From positions 35,032,001 through 35,096,000 of the forward strand of contig NC_087251.1 of the NCBI RefSeq assembly GCF_037042905.1: 64,000 bases of DNA. The letters are read 5' to 3'. Shown in pieces: positions 9,301-19,700 of the stretch. The notes beneath the pieces are model-generated. The model ran no database searches, was not told the DNA's origin, and was given only the letters and a program-made list of their open reading frames with translations. Made by a program: the position numbers and the translations under genes. This stretch comes from Lytechinus pictus. Taxonomy: Eukaryota. How positions within the stretch are numbered: the first letter of the stretch is position 1; each line of letters opens with the position of its first letter.

Positions 9301-12129
9301 ATACTTTCTAATTTTGATATTCGTGATTTATTTATTCACATTGCGTGAAAGATATGTGATAATGATGTTATTGCTACCAAACTGTGTTGTGATGTAGGTA
9401 ATGATGATAATGAAGAATACTTCTATATGACTGGAATATGATGGTGCTACTGATTGATTGATTTTGTTTGTCAGGTGTCTATGGGTATAATACTAGTACA
9501 ACAGGTAAGAGTATAACAAAGTATCAAAATACCATGCATGCATGGCAAGATAGCCCATAAAAATATGGCATACTGTGACATTTTGAGATCAGGTGCAGCC
9601 AAATTAGATATTCTTCCTAAAGAGATAAATGAGTTTGATACTTTGATTTAAGAGTGGGATAAAAATGATATGAGAATAATTGTTTGCTCGCATGATTATG
9701 TGGTACATGTATGTGTGTGTGTGGAAGAGAGGGGGAAGGGTGGGATCGATGGATAGATTTTGGGGCGGGCAGGTACAAATAAAATTTCATCTTGTTTGGA
9801 AGTGACCTTTTTAAGATAGCCTTGATGAGAGTGAATTCATGCGGGGGGGAGGGGGGGGGGGGTACTGGGCTGTCTTAATTTTGCTCCCATCCCAAACTCA
9901 GAAAATGTTTTTTTTTTAAATCTTTATAAGATTTGCACCAGATTGTTCATTTCAATTTCAAAATAAAGACAAAATGGCCTTCTAAATTGCTTTGCTCTCT
10001 TGCTCTGATCATTTTAAGTATTTACCCCCCCTAAAAAAAACCCCAAACATATAAATAATTTTGGCTATTAATGATGTGTAATGAAAATAATATGCAGTGA
10101 TGACTGCATGAATAGATCGAGCAAGCAGATCCCTAAGTTCAATCCTATATATTAATGAATTCCTTGTAAGCATCCACATTTCTTCAAGGGAAATAGCTTT
10201 AGCAATAAATAATTTTATTAATTGATGTAGTAATAATCGCGACAGGAAAATATGTAAACAAGGAAAGATGAATTAACAACTGAATACCGGGGGGTGAACG
10301 GGGGAATGAATGACATAATCTACCTTATTAATATTATTTACCTAAGACGCAACTCTATGAATTCATTTCATAATCAATCACGTCGCGCATTATGCTAATT
10401 AGTAACAATATACTTATTTGCATATCTTTACGCTGTGCGCGCAGGCCACGCCTCCGTTTCGCTGGTGTGCCATGAAGTTGTGGTGTCCATAGGCTTGTAC
10501 GCGAAAAATGGGAGCAGTGTGCACTTTTGACCTTCCAAAATTTCCCCATGTCTAACCGGATGCAGAAGCGGAGTTTCACCCCCCTGTTTATATGACACCT
10601 AGATAGATCCTTGCGATTTGATTGGTTGTTTGATATCGTTCATTCAGCCCATTTTGCAATGACGTCATCAACCGTGCAATTTTGGATCCATTCATCGTGC
10701 AATTTTAGATCCATACGATTTTGTCCATTGCACGCGCGCACCGAGACAAATAAATACGCATGTTGTAATGACGTAACAATCAACAGACCGAACTCGCACT
10801 GCATGAACATGTTTTGCATCGAAATTCATAAATTTCACATGAAAAAAAAAATCTATTTTTATGTGTCATATAAACCAAATAATGAATGTTTTTTTCATTC
10901 GTGCAATGGACAGAATACTTCATTCGGTGAAAGATGAAATAATGATCCATTCAACTCGGCTGCGCCTCGTTGAATGGATCATTTCATCTTTCACCTCATG
11001 AAGTATTCTGTCCATTGCACTCATAAACATTCATTATTTGTATACTTACGAACAGCTTTATGAAACACCCACCAGGTGCATATAAACCAAATAATGAATA
11101 TTTTTGTATTCGTGCAATGGACAGAATACTTCATTCGGTGACAGATGAAATAATGATCATTTCATCTTTCACCTCATGAAGTATTCTGTCCATTGCACTC
11201 ATAAACATTCATTATCTGTATACTATTTCATCCTGTTGCCACGTTTGTAATCGTCTAAGACTACGTTTGTAATAGCAGAAAGTCCATTCGGTCAAGCTAA
11301 GTTGATTCCAGTGCGCCCTCTACTTGATCTTGATCGCTTATTCAGGTTGCGGTAATGAATAAAAAACTTACGTTGTTTGTCCTTATTCTTATATCATAAC
11401 CATGTATGCCGAAGACTCTCGTCCAGACACGGAAAAGTGCGTAACCTCCATGAAAATATTTATACTTTGTCCCCCTCCCCCCAAAAAGTTATTTTTGAAG
11501 AGATTTAATCATGTATTGTATTATTGGATGTAATATTGGAATAAACAATAAAAATCATAACTAATTTTGAATAATCGATATATCTCCCTTCTTTGAAGGT
11601 TTAGCAAGCAGAATCGTGCTAACCGGCACCCGATGGCCTGGATACCATTTGGTGCTGGACCTAGGAACTGTATCGGGATGCGGTTTGCTTTGATGGAGAT
11701 TAAGATGGCCACTGTTCGTATCCTCCAGAAATTCCGATTTGTGCCAAGTGCAAACACGGTGGTAAGATCATGAAATTATAGGTACACCCTATAAATGGTT
11801 TCGGGAAACAATCAATTTTTAAAGTAAATTGTTTACTTTGCGTGATTTGATGAGGTGATTTGATCATCAATGCAGTTGGACATTAGTCAAATAATTCATT
11901 ATAAAAGACAGAATCCACTAAGCGGGGAATTTCTTTAACATTTTCTTCCCGAATAAGGTAAAAACCGTAATAACAATCTTTCTTTATAAAATAACTATTG
12001 TTTTATATTTGCTCAGATTGCTACTGAACGACATTCGTTTATCTTTTCTAGATTCCTGTGAAGTTCGGTACTGGAGAAAATCTCAAACCTGATGGCGGTA
12101 TGTTCCTTGGGATCGAAGAGCGCGTGTGA
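231..12129 (+). CDS. Cytochrome P450, clan 3 (CYP3A-like), 5'-partial; 10 exons: 231-327, 582-698, 1651-1739, 2125-2273, 3087-3217, 3445-3612, 4116-4336, 4637-4774, 11599-11761, 12052-12129
   Basis: Manual splicing at GT-AG sites gives 1351 nt, an uninterrupted frame of about 449 aa ending in TGA. Motifs: C-helix WKDVR, I-helix AGGYDTT, K-helix ETLR, FDPSRF, heme motif FGAGPRNCIG. Confidence 0.96.
582..698 (+). CDS. P450 exon (TFVLKNRPLDQSLLDLRDQRWKDVRTVITPTFSALKMKQ)
   Basis: catag acceptor, gtgtgt donor; WxxxR motif. Confidence 0.93.
1651..1739 (+). CDS. P450 exon (MSPLINECCDVLVTYLQKKREEDNDISIF)
   Basis: tttag acceptor, gtataa donor; 89 nt, phase fits both neighbours. Confidence 0.9.
2125..2273 (+). 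CDS. P450 exon (VFESFTTDGIAECAFGLQVDAQNNPDNQFVKHAK...)
   Basis: caaag acceptor, gttagt donor; E-helix D-x-I-x-x-x-AFG motif. Confidence 0.92.
2678..2980 (+). mobile_element. tRNA-derived SINE
   Basis: B-box ggttcgaatccc; family core tgctgcactcaacccaggtgaggtgaatgggtac shared with three other copies; (TTA)-like tail; flanked by tttttcattgaa direct repeat (2666-2677 and 2981-2992). Confidence 0.85.
3087..3217 (+). CDS. P450 exon (IFPPSAYLFNALDIGLIPAATRTFFRDVVVKAIDMRKQSPNSE)
   Basis: tgcag acceptor, gtgggt donor; F/G region, frame compatible. Confidence 0.9.
3445..3612 (+). CDS. P450 exon (RKDFLQLMMNAH...LTMDEIFAQ)
   Basis: tatag acceptor, gtatag donor; clan-3 RxDFLQLM motif. Confidence 0.93.
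4116..4336 (+). CDS. P450 exon, I to K helices (ALLFFAGGYDTTS...ETLRLYPPAV)
   Basis: tccag acceptor, gtaagt donor; (A/G)GxDT and ExxR motifs. Confidence 0.96.
4637..4774 (+). CDS. P450 exon (GERCCGETHTVRG...HRDPSLWPEPEKFDPS)
   Basis: cacag acceptor, gtttgt donor; meander region. Confidence 0.95.
5314..10586. mobile_element. 5273-bp unclassified non-autonomous element (D) with 8-bp TSD and no TIR
   Basis: TTTATATG at 5306-5313 and 10587-10594; ends CACAGAG...CCCCCTG; subterminal 15-bp IR at 5447-5461 and 10527-10541. Confidence 0.8.
8478..8640. mobile_element. Degenerate MITE inside element D
   Basis: imperfect TIR ggacctcatttcattaag ... ctttatgaaacaaggatc. Confidence 0.4.
10587..11043 (+). 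mobile_element. Inner copy (C) of the Crypton-like hairpin element; its original first 8 bp are at 5306-5313
   Basis: starts tttatatgacac; internal gtgtcatataaaccaaataatgaat; ~170-bp terminal hairpin ending attcattatttgtat. Confidence 0.85.
11599..11761 (+). CDS. P450 heme-binding exon (FSKQNRANRHPMAWIPFGAGPRNCIGMRFALMEIK...)
   Basis: ttgaag acceptor, gtaaga donor; FxxGxRxCxG. Confidence 0.97.
12052..12129 (+). CDS. P450 last coding exon (IPVKFGTGENLKPDGGMFLGIEERV*)
   Basis: ttttctag acceptor, TGA stop; ATTAAA near 12184 is a possible poly(A) signal. Confidence 0.9.
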   Translation: MPVKFGTGENLKPDGGMFLGIEERV

Positions 12130-12509
12130 AATTTCGTGTCGTCACATGACCCATTACACATGGTGTGTAAAAGTGTAAAACAGATTAAAATTTTTACAAT
12201 GCCTTAACAAACTAATTTTTTAAAAAGTGTGAAGAAGTAATTGTATTTCTACAAGATTGTTATCATTTTTTTGTGGTAATTATATGAAATCAATAAGAGT
12301 TTTCAGTTTGATATTGTTTCAGTGCTCATTATTTTTGGTAGACGCATATCGCCCATTTTAGGTAATCAAGTATGGCACAAGGTTTCAAGTAAATGTCAAA
12401 GCAACAATACGTGAATAATCAACCGATATCAATGAATGAATGAAGAAAACTTTGCATAATAGCCCTTAGGCCTATTTAATAATATCATATTCGATTCTCT
12501 ATTTCTTTA

Positions 12510-14150
12510 GTAAACACAAAAAATCCCTTGAAAATCGGGGTCTTCCTGAAGATTAGGTTTGTCTTCATCAAAATTCTTTCCTGCTTAGCCCAATCTTAGA
12601 AACCTTGTTTTTGGTTTCAAAACCTGCCCCGAAGGTGCATAGATGAGCTGAATGACCATGGTGGTGTTTATAGGGTATATTTCATTTTACTTTAAAGATC
12701 GTGCTAATTAGCGGAAAATCTTTTGATGGTTAGATAAACGTTTATAATACACTCGGGCTCGTGGACCCTCCCTGGAAATTTATAGTTCATTCAAGTAATG
12801 ATTTACAATACATTTGATATTGTTACGTAATGGTAGTAGAGTTCAATCTTACACTTAATGAAGTCTGATCCGTGAATATAGCCGGAGGGTAGAGTCTTTT
12901 AAAAATATTATTCATCTTTTTTTCCTTGTGTTTTTTTTATCACAAAAGTAGAATTCTAAAGAAATTATATCGTTCATTATGTTGTGATAGATTTAAGTGC
13001 TTTCATTTGATTTCTCCTTTTGCTTCTTTTACTTCGTGAACGGTCATCACGCGCATTTAATTTTTCCCTATCTCAACATCAGCCTTCAGACAAAGTTGTT
13101 TATTAAATTGTTCTCAATTCCTATCATTACTATTTAATAATTAGTAGCGAATACAACGAAGCTAATCATCTTTTAACTCATTCCTTGGTGATTTCTTTGT
13201 ATCGTTTTATCCATGTTTTCTACATCATGATATAATTAAGGGTCTCTATTTATTATATTATATTCAAACCTTTCGTTGACTGATATATATGGAAGTTTTT
13301 TGAAATTCTTTGGGTTGCCTAAAAGAAAATGATCTGTCTTCGAACGTATCTTTGTTTTGTTTTATGTGTCGTTATTCGTAAATAGTGTAAGCGTTCAATG
13401 TGTGTTATCTGCCAACGATGTGATTACAATGAGGATTGGATTTAAATTTTATGCTTATAAAGTGTGGAGTTCCACAGGGGAGCACATTAGGCCCCATTAT
13501 TTTTATGTGCTATCAGCGATATGTGTATTTGTGTTTTTTGAAAAATAAATTACTTTGTTATGCTGATTCTTAATATGTGTTTTTTTTATAAGTGTACTTT
13601 GTAATAAGTTACTTACGTAAGGACCCCATTGGAAATTAGCAATATCGGATATCATGGGCAATCCTGTCAAGGTATTTTGATACTTTTCATCTTATTCGTA
13701 CCTGTTTTATATCTGGAGAATAAAATCAATCAATCAATCGTCAATCTTTTTATGTCCCTGGCAGAGAATTTTGAGAGCGATTCTAGCGAAAGTACCAATT
13801 GACTAGCTTTTTTTTTTAATTTTTCATTCAGCTATTTGGAGTATCTGATCTAGCCGTCTCTTTTGTCGGGGAGAGTCCACGAGACCGGGTGTAACCGTGG
13901 GTTTGTCACTTTGTCTTCATCCAAAGATTTTCCGCTGAATAACCTGATCCTCGATGTGAGGTGAAATACCCACACCAGAAAACACCGAAGTCGTTTTTAC
14001 CACCTAGAAGTCAACTATGCACCTTTTGTTAATTTTCGAAACCGAAAACAATGTCTTTGATTGGGCTAAGCATAAAATAATTTTGATGAAGTCAAACGTA
14101 GTTCTCGACCTCGTGTGAGCACCCCGTTTGGTAGCCATGATTTTAGTTGA
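12510..14150. mobile_element. Old TIR DNA element downstream of the P450
   Basis: diverged inverted repeats: cttcatcaaaatt..tgcttagcccaatc..aaggtgcatag (12550-12645) versus its reverse complement at ~14010-14100. Confidence 0.6.
13600..13740 (+). mobile_element. 3' tail of a CR1/L2-type LINE
   Basis: ggaccccattggaaattagc..., AATAAA followed by an (ATCA)n tail. Confidence 0.5.
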
Positions 14151-15360
14151 TTTTTTTTAATTCTGAGAATTTGTTTGTTACTAATCATTAAGTTAACAAT
14201 TTTGTTTTAATGTGCGTGGAATACGGACACCTCATCATGTTAGTTTAAAAAACTGGATTGCCATGCTGGTCTTTATCTACTGTATATATACATCATACCC
14301 GGCTTCTTACATTTATTTCTTCTCACATTTCTGTACACGTTGCCTAATTTACAAGTCTGTTTGATCCAGCAATGTTTCATCAAACATCTACTTGACTTAA
14401 TTTTTTTTTAAAGAATCAAAATCAAGGGGAAGAATAAATTATTACACAAGAAATAAAGCAAGCTTCCCATATTTATTTCACCCCCAAACCACGCATCTTA
14501 TTGGATATATCTTTTGAGGTGTTTTCACCATAAATCTGTGACGGACGCAAGCATGGATTATGGATTAAAAAAGAGACCGAAGAGGGCAGATGTCTGATAT
14601 TGATCACCCATACCGTGGTCAAACAGGTATAACCGGCATAGGTTTCTAAGCCTTACTGCCTCTCCGGAATATCATCATTCATTCAGATAGCGTATAGGTC
14701 TAAGCAGAGGTCCGAGATCGTCTGGGTCATCGACTGACCAGGGAATTCTCTGGATTGACCAGTCAGCGCGCTCCTGTTCAGTGGTACACAGACGGACAGT
14801 ACGTAACACATAATAATTTGTGATAAATATGGATCTTTATTGCAGATTACCAACGGGACATTCCCAATCCGTTCTGGATTAGGCACTCTTGTTTGTCACA
14901 CTCATTCTTGATTCTAAGAAAATATCAGTACTGGTTCTTGATCCCCGGCAATTTCAATATTGCCACACTGGTCATTCTTGTTTAGAGCATGTTTAGAGAG
15001 AGAGAGAACCTCGGCCGGATCACATGAATGACAGTGATTTTGAAATTGATGCTTGAGACGGGGACACGAAGAGCACAAAACTTATTGGAATAAATAAATA
15101 AATCGAAGGGCAGTGGAGGGGCCCGTGGAGGGGTAGGTTTAAGCTCGGTGGGTTTTTGTTTTTTTGAATTATTTTTATTTTGTAAATAATTGTGGGGGAT
15201 ACTTTGTGGTGTAAAAGGGAATCTCAGTCCATTACCACCATCAGCCACCACCCCCCCGAGAAATGGGGAAAGGGGCCATTGAATTGCAGGCAAGAAAGTA
15301 AAGAAAAATTAAAGTAATTGACCTAATGCACTGAAATGTCGTTCGTTCATCCAACGTGTA

Positions 15361-15495
15361 GTGGGCGTGGCAGGAGTGGGCGTGGACATGGTGGAAATGT
15401 CAATAAGAACTTGAGAAACGATACTCAAATTACCTTTTTTTGCAAAAGTGTGGGTAACCGCTCCCTAACCGCTACTGACTGAATGAGCGAAGTTG

Positions 15496-15541
<46 letters not shown>

Positions 15542-15720
15542 TAAGAAACATAGAGAGGGATATAAAGATATTAATAATAATGTATACGCATATAGAGACA
15601 GAGAAGAAGGGGGGGGGTTGCGTTGTTGGCCATCACGCAACACATCAGTAACATATCGTCCAATTACCATCCTCGTTTGTCAGTGTGTGGTGTGATGAAT
15701 GAATGAATGAATGAATGAAT
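15361..15720 (+). promoter_or_regulatory. Candidate promoter-proximal region of gene 2
   Basis: two GTGGGCGTGG (Sp/KLF-type) boxes at 15361-15385, (GA)n at ~15500-15531, (GAAT)n at ~15695-15720; CpG-richer DNA follows up to the first coding exon. Confidence 0.45.
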
Positions 15721-16579
15721 GGGTGAAATTTCTCTTGCTGGGTTTCAAAATAATTTTGGCAGTCACGATCATATCATGTCTCGTCCGTGGCTAGGAAAGC
15801 ACGCACCATCATCTTACACCCGTCACCCCTATCTCTCTCTCAGCTCTTCATTAGCTCAGCTACTTAGAACTATCACCGAGTCGTCCATCTGGATTTAATT
15901 ATGTCTTTTTGATTTGCGTATGATGATGAAATGAACTCCGGGTGACATTGGGGCGTAGTGGTCTATCTGTACTAGTCGACGGATACCTTTCAGTAGTTCG
16001 TCGAGAGCTCTTCGTGAACGGACGTACACCGAGAGCGGAGGGGGATTAGCTACCAGATTCATCCATATAATAACTTCATCAGTTTGCAGACTTCATTTCG
16101 ATCAACGTGCTTCAGGAGTTCTCTCGTCTCCACTGCACTCCGGATTCATTGCCGTCTGATTTGAGGAATATTACCTGAAAGCCTTTTTTTAGGAGTTGCT
16201 AAACGAAACTTTCCCGACTACTTCTAATTAGTATCATCGCATGGCAGATCGTCGATCTTGTTTTATCTTTTCTTGTTGTGGATTGGTTAAAGTGGGTCAT
16301 TAACCCTATTTTTCTTTTTTCACTTGGGAGAATGTAAAGATCAGGGGCAGCGAAGGTGAAACCTCAGTGAGCTCATCGACTTACCTAAAATCAATATTAT
16401 TGACAAGCCAGACAGGTGACGACGTCACGTCCAGGTAGAAATTAAAATAAATTCGCAAATCTCTCTTGGATTTCGGTGAAAATCCATCGAAGCTTGGTCG
16501 AAAGCTGTTAGTTCACGTGGTGACAGGAGACGGAGCTCAGTCATTGCTGAACAAGCCGCTGGACTTTGATTTTTTTAAC

Positions 16580-16722
16580 ATGACGATGGCGAGGTGCTTG
16601 TGGGTCGTGATGGCCCTGCTCGCCAGCTTCCAACTGGCGACGTCGATGAGGTATCAGACATCGGGTACAACCAGACAGGCCACATACCGATACGTGTATC
16701 CCGCCAACCGTGTTATTACCGG
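16580..16722 (+). CDS. First coding exon of a secreted or extracellular protein (MTMARCLWVVMALLASFQLATSMRYQTSGTTRQATYRYVYPANRVITG), possibly fibrillin/EMI-type
   Basis: AACATG start context, classic signal peptide, GC-rich codons, strong GG|GTGAGT phase-2 donor; family call is tentative. Confidence 0.75.
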
Positions 16723-19700
16723 GTGAGTCATACACACAAGATCTTTATACCTACCTAATGTTGGTCATATTATTTCATTAAAAAATAACCCTTTCCAGGT
16801 AGTATTAAAAACAACCCCAAACCAAAAATGTTTCCTTTGGCTTTGATTGACAGGTCATATCGTCATTATGCACATCATAGGGCAGATATTCTTTAATATT
16901 TTATAGCCCTTTAACAGGGCTCTCCTGGTAAAATTTTGATAGTCACGTCTGGAATAAGTGATGTTTATGGAGTATAAACCTTTTCTGGTGGTCACGGCAA
17001 AGATGGTGAAGACCTGGATTATGAGGTAAAAGGATTATTTATGAGAAATTTAAGATCTAGGAAAGACCTTTGCGGGAGAGAGATAGAAAGTGAAGAGGAC
17101 GAAGTAAACTTGAACTAAAAAAGAGAGGGAGAAAGGGCGAAGAAGTTAATATATTCTCTAAAGTTCAAACATTAATTTTATCCATAACCTAAAGAGCTCA
17201 AACGAAACGTAAACGCGTATTTTAATAATAGTTGTGTTAATTGATGGAATAGGTTTAAAACTGTATTCATTTTGATTTCATTTCGAACAAATGACAATGC
17301 TTGTCATTTTTTTTCAGCAACTTCCAACTAGTTTTAATCGGAAGAGCAAACATGTGCGATTGCTAAGTGAATGGGGGAGAACATTAAATTACAAAGTTCT
17401 GAACAAAATTCAGGCGAAGGATTATTCTGGGAATGGTATGTATTCTTTAACATTTACCAGTAGTTAAGCTCCATGAAGGTTGTCTCGCAACTAAAAAAAA
17501 ATGTTTGAAAGTGAAAGGCTCTCCTTTACAAAAGTTGTACTATGGGTGCAAGAACAGTCGCGCTTCTTGTTCAGTTCAGATTTAGAACCAATGAATAATT
17601 CGCCAGACTTGTTCGCTTGTTCTCATGATAATGTTGGTCAACATGAGGACAAATGTACGCGCAGGGAATGTAATATAATAATGACAACCAAGTTGACGAA
17701 TTAAACAGAGATCGCTATGTAAGGTATGTGGTTAAGGAAATTATTAGATTAGCAGTCGAGACATACAGCCAATATTTTTCATTCATTATTTTCTCCTTTT
17801 ATATGTCAATTTCGAAACAATATTAAAATGGAAAGAAGTGTACGTATAATTCGATCTCCGACTGTATGAACTGATAAAAGTCATCTCAATGACTGATATG
17901 TATGATTATATTATACAAGTCGCATTTAGGCCTGTCTGATTGATTCAGGTTGTTGGACAGATAAGTTGCATTTTCAGAAGAAAAATTAAAAACAAATGCA
18001 TCTGACCACTATGAAACAAATTTCCTCTTTATTTATTTTTTTTTAAATAGAAGAAGTCTCTTTTGTTTTTAGGGAAGAAAGAGCGTTTTGAAAGAATGAC
18101 ATAAACTACCTTCAGATGTCTCGAACTCATGTGTCCATTGAAAAGAAAATGACTAATTGTGTAACTGTCACCTGTTATGGCCAGTTACACATCAAGCTAT
18201 AGGGACACGTTCCATATGCCAAAATTCAGATGCAGGGAGGGGATAGGAAACTACTAAATGTTTAACGTATATATACCATATCATCTCAATAACCATGCCA
18301 TGTTTATTTCCTGTAGGATTTTAAAAAGCTTCTGATACCTTCAATGCCCAATCCGTCTTAATACAATATCGATGAGATACAGAAATGATGGTAGAGAAAC
18401 TGACTTTCCAGTCCGGGCGGTTTAACTCACTTTGCCTTTATTCGGTTAAAACGTTTTGTACTGATAAATCGGAATGAATAAATGCTGAATGGGATTCGAT
18501 GTTTGGGGAAGCTGAATAGGACCGTTTACATTAACACTTCTGTGAAAAGATACAAAGGTACTATCATGCGGCTTTTCCGTGGTTCAATTTAGGTGACAAA
18601 ATACGAGTCTGTTCAATCCGTTGCCTGGTCACGAAATCAGTCCTTCGCGATTGCGTTTACTTTGTAGGGCTATAGTTTTACAATCGGAACCCAGTTTCGA
18701 TTTATGGTTTTGATAATGACCATTGTCATGGTTTGATTCTCACCATAGCTTCATTTGTATTTGAGAAGATTGAAATTTTACCTCCCTTACCGTATTTCCA
18801 CGGTGGTCATGGTGGTGTTCTTTGTTAGCTCTAGATAGAGAAAGCTGCATACGCCTCACATCTTCAACGTTGGCTGCCTCTTCGAAATTGAGAACATGAA
18901 TAGAAAATGTAAGGAGAAAAGGAAAGGGAATGAATGAATGGATGGAAAGTGGGCGAAAAAAATGATTTGTAGAATATCCATGATACACGTGAAAGTTATA
19001 TTTAGAATGATAGACCAGCATATTTGACAGAAAAAAATAATTGTTAACTATTATGACGAAGAAGATTCTGTTAGTATTATTCATTGATGGAGGGTGAGAG
19101 AAAGAGATATTATGTGTGTGACAGAGAGAGGGTCGGTGTTTTTGTGTGTGTTACCCTTAAAAATTACTTGAATGATTTCCTATTTACGATGCAACCCCAA
19201 CGTACCAGGAATGTTCTTCCTCATATCCTCGAAGATGTTTACCTTGTAATCATAGCAGCTTAACCTCAATCATTTATCGCTACTATCTGAATGAAATAGC
19301 TGTCAAATTACATACTCAGACTCTCAGATTGGATGAATTAGATAATTGATGAGATTAACAGTTTACCGTAGTATATTCACATGGTGCAGGCAAGCGTGAA
19401 TACGTAACGACTGACATTTTCTTTCTAATGCATTATATTTATTTAATGACCTTACTGTCACTTTAATATTGTGGGGACATATACGATGTGATAAATTAAT
19501 GGGCGGACCCGTGACTGATAAACAGGTACGAATGTTTGTGTGCAAGGTCTAGGAATCAAAAGTGCCACAGGCATGACAGGTGAGTTGTAGCTAAAGTCTT
19601 CTATATTTTTTTTCGGTAAATAAAATGAGTACCATGTTTGTAGGAAATAATGCACTCTCTTACGTGACCAATCGATTAATTGATGATGTCATAAAGTTCC

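Larger units (their letters stand above)
5157..11075. mobile_element. MITE (B), split into ~5157-5305 and 11044-11075
   Basis: TIR gggtgtttcata(t/a)agctgtt ... aacagctttatgaaacaccc; inner IR ctttacgcacgactgg / ccagtcgtgcgtaaag; a degenerate intact copy lies at ~59512-59695. Confidence 0.8.
4873..11222 (+). mobile_element. Outer copy (A) of a ~460-bp Crypton-like hairpin element, split into 4873-~5155 and ~11076-11222
   Basis: Both parts align with the contiguous copy at 10587-11043; the gap is filled by nested insertions. Confidence 0.8.

Noticed and set aside
10287..10586. Separate 300-bp MITE defined by ggggggtgaa / ttcacccccc
   Set aside because: No TSD around it, whereas the 8-bp TSD pairs 10586 with 5314; kept as a sub-feature of element D.
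4873..11043. LTR retrotransposon bounded by the two ~280-bp direct repeats
   Set aside because: The repeats are two nested copies of a small hairpin element; no TG..CA ends, PBS, PPT or gag/pol.
11521..11757. Minus-strand 78-aa ORF
   Set aside because: Antisense shadow of the P450 heme exon.
16466..16579. N-terminal extension from the TTG start in the ORF track
   Set aside because: Eukaryotic gene; the ATG at 16580 or 16586 directly precedes the signal peptide.
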